From Saccostrea echinata (lineage: Eukaryota), in the NCBI RefSeq assembly GCF_033153115.1, contig NW_026889811.1:3906001-3970000 (forward strand): a stretch of DNA of 64,000 nucleotides, in the 5' to 3' direction. The position numbers were made by a program, and so were the translations under genes. Position 1 is the first letter of the stretch; each line of letters starts with the position of its first letter. This document shows positions 25,901-36,874 of the stretch, piece after piece. Under the pieces are notes generated by a model. It was not told the DNA's origin, made no database searches, and worked only from the letters and a program-made list of their open reading frames with translations.

Positions 25901-26852
25901 ATCTTCTATCTGACTTGGGTACAAACTTACCTGTATTTGTTGTCTTCATATGCACATTGTCTCTGTTCTTAGTACTGTATGTTTTCTTGATTGATTCTTG
26001 TTTCTTCTGCAATAAACCCTTACCTTTATCTACTGCCTGGACTGAGCTCAGGTTTCTAGCATCTTTGTATTGGTCTGCAAGATCTGCCATTTTCTTAAGA
26101 CTATCTGGAATGCGCTCTTTCAGAAATAAACGTAATTCTTGACTACAAATATGTAAAAATTGGTCACGCAACATGAGATCGTACAAACCCTGAAATGTTT
26201 TTGGTGCTTTTGCCATTTCTATCCATCTATCAAAATAGCTACTTAGGCGAACTGAAAATTGTGCAAAAGTTTCCAATTGATCAGGTCGACAAGATCTAAA
26301 CTTTTTCTTAAACCCGTCATCCGTCAGTTCAAACCGTCTCAGTAGAGCTTTCTTCAAATTCTTATAGTCTAAGGCCTCACTTTTGGGCATTAACGAGTAA
26401 ACATCTAGAGCTTTACCCCGTAAAAGAGCACTTAAGTTAACAGCCCAATTCTCTTCACCCCATTTTTGTGCTTCTGCATACCTTTCGAATCGGAGAAGGA
26501 AACTGTCCATCTCATCATGTTCTTCATTAAATACAGGAAGCTTTGGAGCTTTAGGCGTAACTCGACCTTGACTGTGATCAGATTGCACATCTTTGCTTGT
26601 ATTTACTACCTGTGATTCATACACTTTCTCAACTTTCATCTGCTCAATCTCATACCAATATCTCTCCTTCTCTAACTCCAATGAAACTTTCTCTTTCTCT
26701 GCCTCACAATCTAGTCTTTTCTTTTCTAATTCTCTCTCCGCATTTCCCTCGTCTCTCTGAATAGCTTGTTGTTCTCTAATGAAAGTTGTTAACTCCTCGT
26801 CTTTCAACCCTAATGACTCTCCATATTCTTTTAGTTGATTTAGTATATCCAT
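22929..26852 (-). CDS. Gypsy Gag-Pol polyprotein (SCAN-like capsid, CCHC, protease, integrase, RT), truncated by an insertion
   Basis: Probable ATG at 26852 (MDILNQLKEYG). Motifs in order: CFKCHRVGHIASEC, LRDTG, HDSLLAGH...CQSCDIC, VAVDIVGP...ERFNGTLK, WKGPF, then DLSKGYWQ, MPFGL and FIDD. Confidence 0.95.
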   Translation of the reverse strand: MDILNQLKEYGESLGLKDEELTTFIREQQAIQRDEGNAERELEKKRLDCEAEKEKVSLELEKERYWYEIEQMKVEKVYESQVVNTSKDVQSDHSQGRVTPKAPKLPVFNEEHDEMDSFLLRFERYAEAQKWGEENWAVNLSALLRGKALDVYSLMPKSEALDYKNLKKALLRRFELTDDGFKKKFRSCRPDQLETFAQFSVRLSSYFDRWIEMAKAPKTFQGLYDLMLRDQFLHICSQELRLFLKERIPDSLKKMADLADQYKDARNLSSVQAVDKGKGLLQKKQESIKKTYSTKNRDNVHMKTTNTGKFVPKSDRRCFKCHRVGHIASECKAKPVVGSVSEVRTKGESPTAQINEKPVCFVSTLPSDSIIDSMVNMSPTTLTSACQKSVNFSMLISAGYINGNPVTVLRDTGCSGIVVRKSKVSEKDLVDGKQQVCVLADGSKITVPVAEVFIDTPYLCGYHKVWCMENPVYDLIIGNVPDATLPDKADENWQVNAVETRQQKRNREKPYPPLKVPNIITDVIEPHCIKTAQEEDPTLTKIRDYAEHNTVHQKKNGKVKWYKKNGLLYREFVANDDSVNKVFSQLVVPEKFRALVMKLAHDSLLAGHLGIQRTITRVNSEFFWPGLQSDIRRFCQSCDICQRTLQKGRVSKVPLERMPLIDVPFQRVAVDIVGPLTPVTEKGNRYILTLVDYSSRYPEAVALPSIETERVAEALMEIFSRVGIPREMLTDMGTQFTSSLMKEVSRLISMKQWTTTPYHPSCNGLVERFNGTLKQILKRLCAEKPKDWDKYINAVLFAYRELPQESLGFSPFELVYGRQVRGPMSILKELCTKEIEDPNVKTTYQYVLDLKERLQSMAQLARENLEKSATRYKKYYEKKARNRSLKVGDKALISMPTDNNKLLLQWKGPFEVLKKVNRVDYQLKMNGKVKTFHINLLKKYVERAQCNNVLFVTDESVFGSVNATFVDCVEDTTQEGQLDDYPALDSDQGTDVDINGLLSTEEREKLMSTIAKYGDVLQDQPGSTNILEHDIRMVSDKPIHVKTRSVPFSLEETVNKEVSDMLKLNIIEPSESPFCSPIVIVPKEDGTNRFCIDFRLLNRQTIFDAEPIPDADEMFAKFAGYKYFSKIDLSKGYWQIKLTEASKPKTAFRTSKGLFQFCVMPFGLVTAPATFSRLMRKVLSDMENVDNFIDDIIIFTETFEHHLKVLDELFQRLRSAGLTAKPSKCSLAYSSLNCLGHVIGNEQLRPMLDKVKAIQDAPRPETKKQLRSFLGLIGFYRKFVPNFACIALPLTDLTRKGCPTKLVWEQE

Positions 26853-27188
26853 TTTCTTATCTTGATATGAAAATGAGTTTAATGACAGAAACCTCACATC
26901 ACACAGGACACGATAGAAATTTACTTTCGGACTTACTATACAATACCCATGGCAAACAATTTGGTTGCTGATATGGTCCAACTTACTGAGACATTGCCGA
27001 CTTTTAGAAACACTTCTCGGAGGTCTCAAACATCAAGAACCGGACAATTCTTCTACAAAATACGAAAAATGATCACACAACTGAAGCAAAATAAAAAATG
27101 CACAACATAAACATGTAGGTAACATAAATGTCCAAAATTTGTAACACTGTTATTGGTAGAAATTGAAAACAGAATTGAAAACAAAAAT

Positions 27189-27236
<48 letters not shown>

Positions 27237-27301
27237 TGATTGGGTATTAGAATGGATCGACTATCACTCTGTTACAGTGTATCCCACTTCTGACACCATT
27301 T

Positions 27302-28262
27302 TGTCAAATAATGACCTTGCGTAGAGAATAGTGATCCAAACTCCCCTAAATAAATAACAGAAAATCTTTTCTACATATTAACTTTACATTTTAATTAACA
27401 AAATAATATTCTACAACATAATAAACTGGTTTGGTGTGTGGTCGTCCGTGTCCCTAAAATGTCTACTACGTCTATGGTTTTGTTCCACACGGTGTTTAGG
27501 CTACACTACAGTCTCTTGCCGCTAATGAGGCTCAGACACCCCTCTCCAGTGCCGAGAAAGGTTTACACTTCCCCCTCTCCAGTGCCGAGGAGGTTACACG
27601 TCCGTCTTGCGTTCAAGACTATGAGATGTGACTGGTACCGGCCGCCATCTCTACACTACTATACAGGAATGAGACCTGTTAAAATATCATACACAGAATA
27701 ATATAGACATACAACTTACTCCGTGGGTACAATATGTACAACGCAATAAATGCTTTACTATACAATAGTTATTACAGAACGTAGAACCGACAAATAAAGA
27801 CACAAACAATCCACCGTACAATTAAGACTCAAACATTTTCGAGTAACTATAAATAACAGAACTTAAAAATATCAAATAGAATAGCTTAAAGTTGCATATT
27901 TTAGAAATTCCGTATCTGGGTGTTTTGAGATGTTTACAACTTTATAAAATATTAAAAACAAACACAAATAAGGCTTACCTCAGAGAAGCAGGACCATACA
28001 ACTAAATTCTAAACAAGTAAAACCCTCAGTGGTCTGCCATGTGTATAAGATAAATCAAACAGATCTTGAGAAATTTTGAAAACGTCCTTCTCCCAGGACT
28101 GCCGTGTCCAAACTGAAGCACGGGCTTACAAATATTTTAAAGGTCCGGTGATTTGAGGTATAAAACAGGGTAACATAAACCCGGTGAAAAATGGAGACTC
28201 CCCACAGGTAAATATAAATTGCTTGCGTGTTCGAATAGGAACATGTAGATTTTAATGTGACA
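27302..28262 (-). repeat. 5' LTR
   Basis: Followed on the minus strand by PBS TGGTGTCAGAAGTGGGAT. Confidence 0.95.
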
Positions 28263-30369
28263 GTAACCTTGGGTTATGGGGATTCAAATTTGTTCATATG
28301 AAGGGCCATGCCCTCTTCCAAGCGGAGATAATTACAAATTAGTGAAAAGTTAATACCATCTTTTAAAAATCTTCTTCTCAAGAACTTCTGGGCCAGGAAA
28401 GAAGAAACTCATGTGGAATCATCCTCAGGTAGTGTAGATTCAAGTTTGGTCAAATCATGACCCCGGGGGGTAGGGTGGGGCCACAATGGACGACCAAATT
28501 TTACATAGGAATATATAGGAAAAATTCTTGAAAATTTCTTCTCAAGAATAGCAAGGCATGATTGGTCATATTGATATGGAAGCATCCTCAGGTAGTGTAG
28601 ATTCAAGTTTGTTCAAATCATGACCCCCGGGGGTAGGTTGAGGCCACAGTGGGGGATCAAAGTTTTACATAGGAGTATATAGGAAAAATCTTTAAAAATC
28701 TTTTTCTCAAGAACAACAAAGCCACAATTAGTCATATTGATAGGGAATCATCCTCAGGTAGTGTAGATTCAAGTTTGTTCAAATCATGGCCCCCGGGGGT
28801 AGGGTGAGACCACAATGGGGGATCAAAGTTTTACATAGGAATATATAGGAAAAATCTTTAAAAATCTTCTTCTCAAGAACAACAAGGCCACAATTAGTCA
28901 TATTAATAGGGAATCATCCTCAGGTAGTGTAGATTCAAGTTTGTTCAAATCATGACCTTTGGGGGTAGGGTGGGGTCACAATGGGTGATTAAAGTTTTAC
29001 ATAGGAATATGTAGAAAAAAAAACTTGAAAAATCTTCTGCTCAAGAACAGCAAAGCTTTGTTAAGTTATATTGATATGGAAGCATTCTCAGATAGTGAAG
29101 ATTCAACTTTGTTCCAATCGTGACCCCCAGGGTTAGGGTGGGGCCACAATGGGGGATCAAAGTTTTACATACATGTAGGAATATATAGAAAAAAATTTTA
29201 AAATCTTTTTCTCAAGAACAGCAAAGCCTTGTTAAGTCATATTGATATGGAAGATTCTCAGATAGTGTAGATTCAAGTTTGTTCAAATCATGACCCCTGG
29301 GGGTAGGGTGGGGGCACAATGGGGAATCATAGTTTTACATGGGAATATATGGGAAAAAAACTCGAAAAATCAGCACAAGAACAACAAAGCTATGATTGGT
29401 AATATTGATATGGAAGCATCTTCAGGTAGTGTAGATTCAAATATTACCCCCCCCCCCCCATGATAGGATAGGGCCACAATGGGGGATCAAAGTTTTACAT
29501 AAGTATATTTAAGAAAAAATCTTTTCAAGAACAGAAAAGCTATGTTTAGTCATATTGGAAACATCCTTAGGTAGAGTTGATTCAAGTTTGTTCAAATGAT
29601 GACCCCCCCTTCTCCGGGGGTTTGGGGTTGGAGGGGCCACAATGGGGGATCAAATTTGTAACAAGGGAATATATAGGAAAAAAGCTTTTTTTTAGCCAAT
29701 GTGCTCAGGTGAGCGATGTGGCTCATGGGCCTCTTGTTATGGATTAATTTTTTTCTTAAATTTTATAATTATAACTTAAATACTTTAAAGCCTAGAACTA
29801 TCTGACTTTACTAGCTGATGCATGTTGGGTAGAAGGTGTATTGCTCATTAAAGACAGGTCACCAGAACCTTAAATTAAGATGATATGACCAAATAAACTC
29901 CAACTCAGAACTTGAAAATTATTTGGCTTAGAATAATAAAACTTGGTCGGTTTATACATCTTTGGAAGAATTCTTAAATCCCATACTAGCTGTGAATATC
30001 CTATTTAGTACTCTAGTCATTGGGATATTAAATTTCCTTTTAGCTTTTACCTTCTACTGGCTTATTGGCTCAGTATTTTTTAAAAGATGTAGTCCCATAA
30101 CTGCAATGGTGTATGCAGACAAATTGAGTAACATGCTTTACCGCATTAAGAAAAATTCTTTGCATAAAAAGTTGCAGTTATGAGGCTACATCCTTCAAAA
30201 ATAATTCAATGCTTATATTTACATTTTTAACTCCCTGCCTTGTCTGCAAATATGATTCTACTAGTTGATTGTTTATCACAGACATTTTTGTTAAAAGCCC
30301 CATCTCCATATAGCATGTACATATCGTCTTGTTACATATATTGTAATATTGTAAGTGTGGAAATTTATG

Positions 30370-31298
30370 TTGGATATTGAGCAAACAAACTAAGTGCATA
30401 ATTATGATGACCAAGGGTGCCTCTTTCAAAATTGTGAATTTCATGGCCCCTAGGTCAGGGGTTCTGGTGTTAAGGCAGGACTGTATAGATCAGATAGCGA
30501 AAATACGCTAATTCTTTGAAAATCTTCTGTGCTCCTGGGTATTAGCAGATAAACTAAGTGAGGATTATGATGTACAAGGATGCCTCTCTAAATTATTAAA
30601 TTCATAGCCGAAATCAAAACTGATATAAAAACTTCTCACACAGGAATCTGCATCAGAAATGTCCACAGTTTTCAGAGAATTAATTTATTCTGTATATACT
30701 GTGATTCATATATATGACGTTTTATTTTGTATGGCTCATAGACTACCTATTTCTCTTGCTTTTGGGCAAGATAGCTTCATCTAGTTTTATTATACCTCTA
30801 CTGATTTTTTCCTTGTATAACATTAGATCGTTAGATGTGACTTATTCCCTAGAACTCGTTAAGAGTGGACTAACCCCCGTGTGTTAGTCAAGTGAGCTAA
30901 TCCCTGCTTCGGAAGCTAATTCCCGGTTATCCGTAATCCTCTAGATTTTACTTTTACATAGGTATGATATGTAAATGGACTAATCCCCGTGTGTTAGTTC
31001 AGTGAGCTAATCCCTGCTTTGAAATCACGCTATCTGAATCCTCAAAATTTTACGTTTGTATCGGTATAATAAAACAGTTAAAAGTATATCATTGCGGGAA
31101 TTAGCAAGATTTCAGTTCCCTTCGACCAGGACTATTTCCCTCGGCTTCGCCTCGGGAAATAGTCCTGGCCTTGAGGAACTGGAATCTTGCTAACTCCCTC
31201 AATGATATATTTTAACTGTATATTATTTTATACTTTTATAGATTCATTACAGTGTTATTATATTCAGGTGACCGTAAAGGCTCTTTGGGTCTCTTGTT
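30370..31298 (+). mobile_element. Partial Helentron-type element related to 13858-15540, with internal insertions
   Basis: Satellite unit AAAATTGTGAATTTCATGGCCCCTAGGTCAGGGG at 30428; 3' end TCAGGTGACCGTAAAGGCTCTTTGGGTCTCTTGTT. Confidence 0.6.
31066..31226. repeat. ~160-bp near-perfect palindrome (hairpin MITE-like)
   Basis: Arms ...CCAGGACTATTTCCC / GGGAAATAGTCCTGG... around the centre TCGGCTTCGCCTC. Confidence 0.85.
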
Positions 31299-31421
31299 CT
31301 AATATCTAATCCGATAAATAAATCAGTTAATTGTAGCCAGTCTTTGTAATTATGTTTACAGAGAAAATCAAACCAAACATTCATGAGGTAGATATTCTAC
31401 AGTATACTCCCTTTGTAATTT

Positions 31422-31582
31422 TAAACAATAAAATGCTTTCTTTGGTTGTTAGTACGGGAATTAATGTCGCAGCTATTGTAGAAAAAATACATAACCCGCG
31501 TAAGCGGGTTATGTAATTTTTTCTGCAATAGCTGCGACATTAATTTCCATACTAACAACCAAAGAAAGCATTTTATTGTTTA
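31422..31582. repeat. ~160-bp near-perfect palindrome (hairpin MITE-like), unrelated in sequence to the first
   Basis: TAAACAATAAAATGCTTTCTTTGGTTGTTAGTA...ATAACCCGC-GTAA-GCGGGTTAT...CCAAAGAAAGCATTTTATTGTTTA. Confidence 0.9.
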
Positions 31583-33094
31583 TATTTATATCTGTTTTAA
31601 AAAACATTCAAAGTAAAATTAAATATGTTATATTTTGTATTATAGTTGTGTATGTCATTGTTTGCATAATTGATGGAACAACCGTTGTTCAACTAGAAAT
31701 CTATGCAGGTGGCTTGCTTAGTGTCGTTTACCGACTGATAAACGGCAATGGTTTTCATAAGAAATAAAGGAAATAATATTCAGTGGATTTAAGTATTTTT
31801 ATTTAAAAATACTGATACAGAAAGGAAGTTTCCTTAACCACTATATCTAGTAAGATACCGTAAAGGTTTACTTCTTCCTGATATAGATTAGCACAGAAAG
31901 TCAGGCACGCGGTGAAAGATACGTATAAAGTACATGTCCTGTACAGGTTTTAGAATTTGGAAATTGTGTGTACTCTAAACTTTAGAATAAGGGAACTTCC
32001 TTGCATAGAGAGGAGAGAGAGAGTCTAAATATATAACATGGAGTTAATTAAACACCGATCGGAGATGGTTATCTTTTAGCTACAGTACTACTATAATAGT
32101 GTCCCTAATACAGGACTAATTAAAAATTCAATCATAAGAATCAATATTAATTATTAATTCCCTTCTGAGGAAACTGGGGGTACCGTATACGTTTGATCTC
32201 CATTCGCCAATCTGTCCACCAGTATTATTAAAGTTCTGTGTTCTTCATTGAATTTTGACAAAAAATTCGGTTTATTACACTAGTACAGTTATAAAGGAAC
32301 TGTAGATGTCGTTTCAGCTTTGTGGGAATTGTGTTTGTTGGAATTATGACTATTTGTTATCTGAAAATTGAAGAGAGAAAAATATATTATCCAGAATTTC
32401 TTTTACTTAGCACCTTTTAGTTCTTGAGATCGGAGATAATTAAAAATACACAGAATATCTTCTAAAATATGTTCTTGAATAATTAAATAAAAAAATATAA
32501 TTTCAGCACACGACAAAACAGGCCAGTAAAGATGTCCTATATTTTTTCATAAAGAAATCTGATGAGGTTGAACTGATTGAAATGGCTGCTATGTAGCTTG
32601 CGAGAATAGAAATTATGCGAGAATATTTTAAATTAACGAATTTCTATGCTTTTGATTTCTGCGCGACATGCATCTTGTTTAATCTTGTACAAGGTATTAT
32701 TATCAAGACTTCAAAATTCAAAACACACCACACAACAATAATCAGTTGATTATAAATACTCTGAAATCAAATCATTTAGTAAATGTTGTAAAAATATATT
32801 TTGTCTTTCCTAATATGACAATACTAACGAAATTGGCATTCAATTTTCGTTCACATAAATTTGATCAAGTGATCAGACTTTCTTGCGTTTGGAAAGCAAA
32901 CTGCACACTTGGAAGGACTAAACTGACATGTGTACATTACGTTCCATTTCTATAACAGAGTCTAAATAGAGCATTTTTTTTTCTTTGTAACACAATTTGA
33001 AATAAAATATACACATAAGAAATAAAATATAATTTCTTAAGAGTTTCATTGGGTTTTGACATAAAATTGGTACCATCAAATCTACAATGAAATA

Positions 33095-35460
33095 TGGCGA
33101 TAACGAACAATAATCAAGCTCGAAAGTCCATTGAAACAATACAAAATTAGTGCAGAGTAAACGCAGACCTCTAAAACCTCAGAGGTGCACGTGAGATGAG
33201 GTGCCATGTAGGAGTAAGTGTCCCCTGTCGACTGGTCACACTCGCCGTGTGCTTATTGTCATGATCGGGAAAAAACGTAAAAATCCATAGACAGTTTAGC
33301 GTGTAAATAATGGCCAAAATTAGTACAAAAAAACGTCATTCAGCGTTCGACTTGATGGTATTTGCTGACTAGGTCATTGTATCGACCAAGGAATTTGCGA
33401 AATGTTGACTTAAAACGAGACTGTTGATATCCTTGTTTCATTAATTTATTTGTCAATACCTTGTTTCGATTTAGAAATTGTTCGTACGCAGAGCATGCTC
33501 TTGCGTAACGAATCACCTGGGAGACATAAACTCCTTATGCAGGTGATAAGGGTATATTGTTACATAAATAAGGGAAGTTTGACGATAGAAAAATTGAAGT
33601 CATCACGTTTATCATAAAATTAAAGTCATCACGTTTATCATAAAGTTTTGTTTGTAAGGGGTCTTTTTCTAGTAAAATATCCAAATATGAAACAGATGTG
33701 TCAGACTCTGTACTTTCTTTTATTTCGAGTTCAGAGGAAATATCGAATCAACGTAAGAATGAAAATGAATATTGTTAATTGATAAAACGTCGTTGATATA
33801 TCAAGAGAATTTTTTCATATAGAAGTTTTTGAATAAATTCTGCTTCATAAGAATACAAAAATAGGCATGTTAATAACGGGGCGCAATTGGTATCCATGGG
33901 AATTCCGGGTTGTTGGAAGTCGATCTCCAAAAACTACATAGATATAGTCAATATGAAACTCAATCAACTTTTTAATATCAACTTCGAGGTACTTGTGTGT
34001 ACAATCAGAATGGTTTTAACAAAATAATTTTGCAAATGACCAATTACAAGGTAAGTAAATCTACGAATTCCATTTCTATTGAAAAAGCAGCTGTCTATGA
34101 TGTCAAAAAGCCTGACATGAAAAACCGTACGTCTTGATGTTATTGATTTTGATAAAATTTTATGTGATTTCAAATTTTCTTTTTATTTTTAAGAACAGAT
34201 CTGTGTAAAAATCATGCAAAATAGGCATGTAGGTGATATATGAAGGTTCTCAGAATTTGATGATTTTCCACACAGAGTTTGTAACCATGTATGTAAAATT
34301 AAAAAAAAGTTTTGGTTCATGGTTACCATGAAAACATGGGTGAAGAAATTTCCCTAGCAAAAAGTATCCACATCTGATTTACACCACTTCTCGAATATAT
34401 TGTTGAACAGTACTCTTGAAGTTTCTCCTTTGTCAATATTTTCGAGAAGAGTAAATAAAGGGGCAAGGCAGAACGTTTACCAGAACCCGCTATGTATCTT
34501 GTTTGTTGGGAATATTAAAAATATTTAAAATTAACATGATTTTGAAAAAAAATTCCTCCTTAGAAAGGGAGCTATATGTATATGTTGGATTACCACTTGC
34601 AGCTCCTATAAAATACAGTTAAAATAATGAGCCTTACAAAGACAATGTTGTTACCTGCTTTGTCAGCTGGGACCAGTACATATTGATCGTGTAATCTATC
34701 TAATTCCATTTTCACTTCCGAATTATTGAGGAAAGAAAAATAGATGATTTTTATATTGCCCCTCAATCGCTACTGATACATAAAATCCATTCTGACAAAG
34801 TGACAAGGTCTTCTTTTTCATATTTGGCCCACAAACTTGGACATAATAATTATATATAAAATTATGACATCAGTTTAAAGATCAGTGTTCCCTAAATTTT
34901 GGCCGTTGTAAAATATCTGATTCAAGGTCCTCATTATTAAGTATATTTACGTCACCAGTAATGACGTGTCCAGCAGGACTAAAGTTGTTGGGTGAAGAAC
35001 ATGAACACGTTTGAGGATTATGTTTCAGATGTTCGATATCTAGGCCATGTAAAGTTTGTTTGTAATTAAAAAGTTTGGAAGCAATAGTCGATGTATATTT
35101 GTAAGAAATACAAGGTGTAGACTTCAACTTGAAATATGGTGGAATAAAAGACTGGATCCTTTTGTGATTAAGAATATTACTTATATTAACTGCATCAATT
35201 CATTTGTTGGCAAATTGAAGTTTAAGGAACAAAATGGTTGCTTGAATAGTATTCTCTTCCGTAAAACGTGGCGCTTTAAAAAGCCTATGATTTGCAATAT
35301 CCATATTCACAGATCCAAGCCTGTATTCTGTTGTCGAAGAATCCAAATTTGGACTTTCTTTGACCTTTTCAAACAGACTATTTAAAACTTTCAAAAGGAC
35401 AGAGTAAAGTTTGGCTGCGAATGTGATGAGGACCTAACTGTTTATTTACATAGGATTTGA
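33095..35460 (-). mobile_element. Decayed Penelope-like retroelement (RT remnant)
   Basis: Frameshifted minus-strand peptides SPAGHVITGD, YVLVPADKAGNNIV, RYIAGS, GIPMDTNCAPL, RYINDVLSIN and YDKRDDFNF. The 3' region is shared with 53775 and 63208. Confidence 0.75.
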
Positions 35461-36874
35461 TCACGTGACCAACTTCATGTCATATCCATATGAAACTCTA
35501 AAAATGATTTCTTATTTCTTAAAAGGACACTTTTATTTAACTTGGACCGAAAGCATGAAGAATTGAGATGAATTGAGATGTTTTACTTAACAAAGAAATA
35601 GGAAAGAAAGAACAAAAAATGCTTGCCAAGAAAAAATAAAAGAAAAAAATCTGTATACATTTTAAGGAATGAATCAGAAATGAAAAAAAAATTGCTAAAA
35701 TACATCGTACTAAAGGAGAATGAAGCAGGAATTTGGCAATAAATTATTTTAAAGAAGAAAATACAATAAACACACGAATCACAGAATAAATAATTGATTT
35801 TAAACTTTGAAATAGAATAGGTGTGAATATCTGGTATACTCCAGTTCCACATAACTGATTGCACATTGTTCAACATTAAAGCGCTTAAGTACCTGACATT
35901 ATCACATAATTTGTCTCACAACTAAAATTGAATTATTCGTGTTTCAAGAGACATTTTGGTATAATTTCTTATATTACAATGATTTCATATCTTATACAGT
36001 GCATGAATATATAAAATAGCTTTATTCTATATTCTTATGAAAGTCTCTATTGTTATAATCTTGTAATACTGCTATAAGACGTATGTCTTCTGCAATAAAG
36101 AAATTGAATTGAAAGTGAAAGTGAAATTTGTCTCAATTACGAACACATTGATGATTTAACGAAGTAGAATTCTGTTATTTTCATTTACAGAGTCACTGAG
36201 AAATCATCAATACGGTAAATTAATTTTTTAAGTACATTTCTTTTTTATCAGTTTGTGTCAGGTATGAGTAAATGAAATTTATAAGATACACAAAACAAAA
36301 ATAAACGAATTCAGCATCTGGCAATGGATTAAGCGTCAAATGAATGTTTTATATATAAATGAACATCTTTATACTTTACTACAAGCATAACAAAACGAAC
36401 ATCATATACGGAAATAAGCTCCTTCTAGGATTATAAAAAAAATAAAATCTTTTAAAGAACGACTGACTTCAATTTTTACATAGCTTTCTCAACATGACGA
36501 ATGAAAAACATTTCTGACATAAAATATTGCATATGCACATGTAGTTCGTAACGATATTTTTACGTAGTACTTTTTTCTATAGGCCAACTTAAACTGATTA
36601 TTTTACCCATTCCTAAGCACCTTAATGAAATTTGGCTTCAAATTGTTATCTTAATGTAAGACTAAATACAGATTAAAATTCTCTTTCTCTCTCTTTGAGA
36701 CACAAAATCGGGTAAGGGTAATAAATTCAGTTCATACGTAACACTAAACATACATTTAAATATAAATAATAAAATAAAAGAAGGTTTCAAAAAATTGCAT
36801 TTAAACATTGCGATTCACAACGACAAACATATCCACAGTAAATTTTTATTGTTGTTTCTTCCAGAGGTGAGAAT

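Larger units (their letters stand above)
19749..28262 (-). mobile_element. Full-length Gypsy LTR retrotransposon, Gmr1-type (Gag-PR-IN-RT-RH)
   Basis: 961-bp TG...CA LTRs at 19749-20709 and 27302-28262 (2 mismatches seen by eye), 5-bp TSD GTAAC, PBS 27281-27298 matching the recalled tRNA-Leu 3' end, and PPT near 20710-20727. Confidence 0.95.
19592..29738 (+). mobile_element. Helentron-type non-autonomous element split by the Gypsy insertion (parts 19592-19748 and 28263-29738)
   Basis: 5' TTTTTAGCTCACCTGAGC plus (GTCT/GTCC)n, ~168-bp repeats at 28400-29690, and 3' CTCAGGTGAGC plus GGCTCATGGGCC. Sequence across the LTR junctions is colinear with the uninterrupted relative at 42130. Confidence 0.85.

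Noticed and set aside
26853-27029. N-terminal 59 aa of the 1366-aa ORF
   Set aside because: Called from a non-ATG codon; the first ATG at 26852 gives a typical Gag start.
32559-32602. Hammerhead ribozyme core (CTGATGA...GAAA)
   Set aside because: Stem II is mostly G-U pairs and stem III does not close correctly at a cleavage triplet. An Infernal search would settle it.
35459-35470. CLEAR-like TCACGTGAC
   Set aside because: At the edge of a retroelement remnant with no gene start nearby.
36108-36128. ISRE-like GAAAGTGAAAGTGAAA
   Set aside because: Follows AATAAA and looks like the simple-repeat tail of a LINE remnant; no promoter context.
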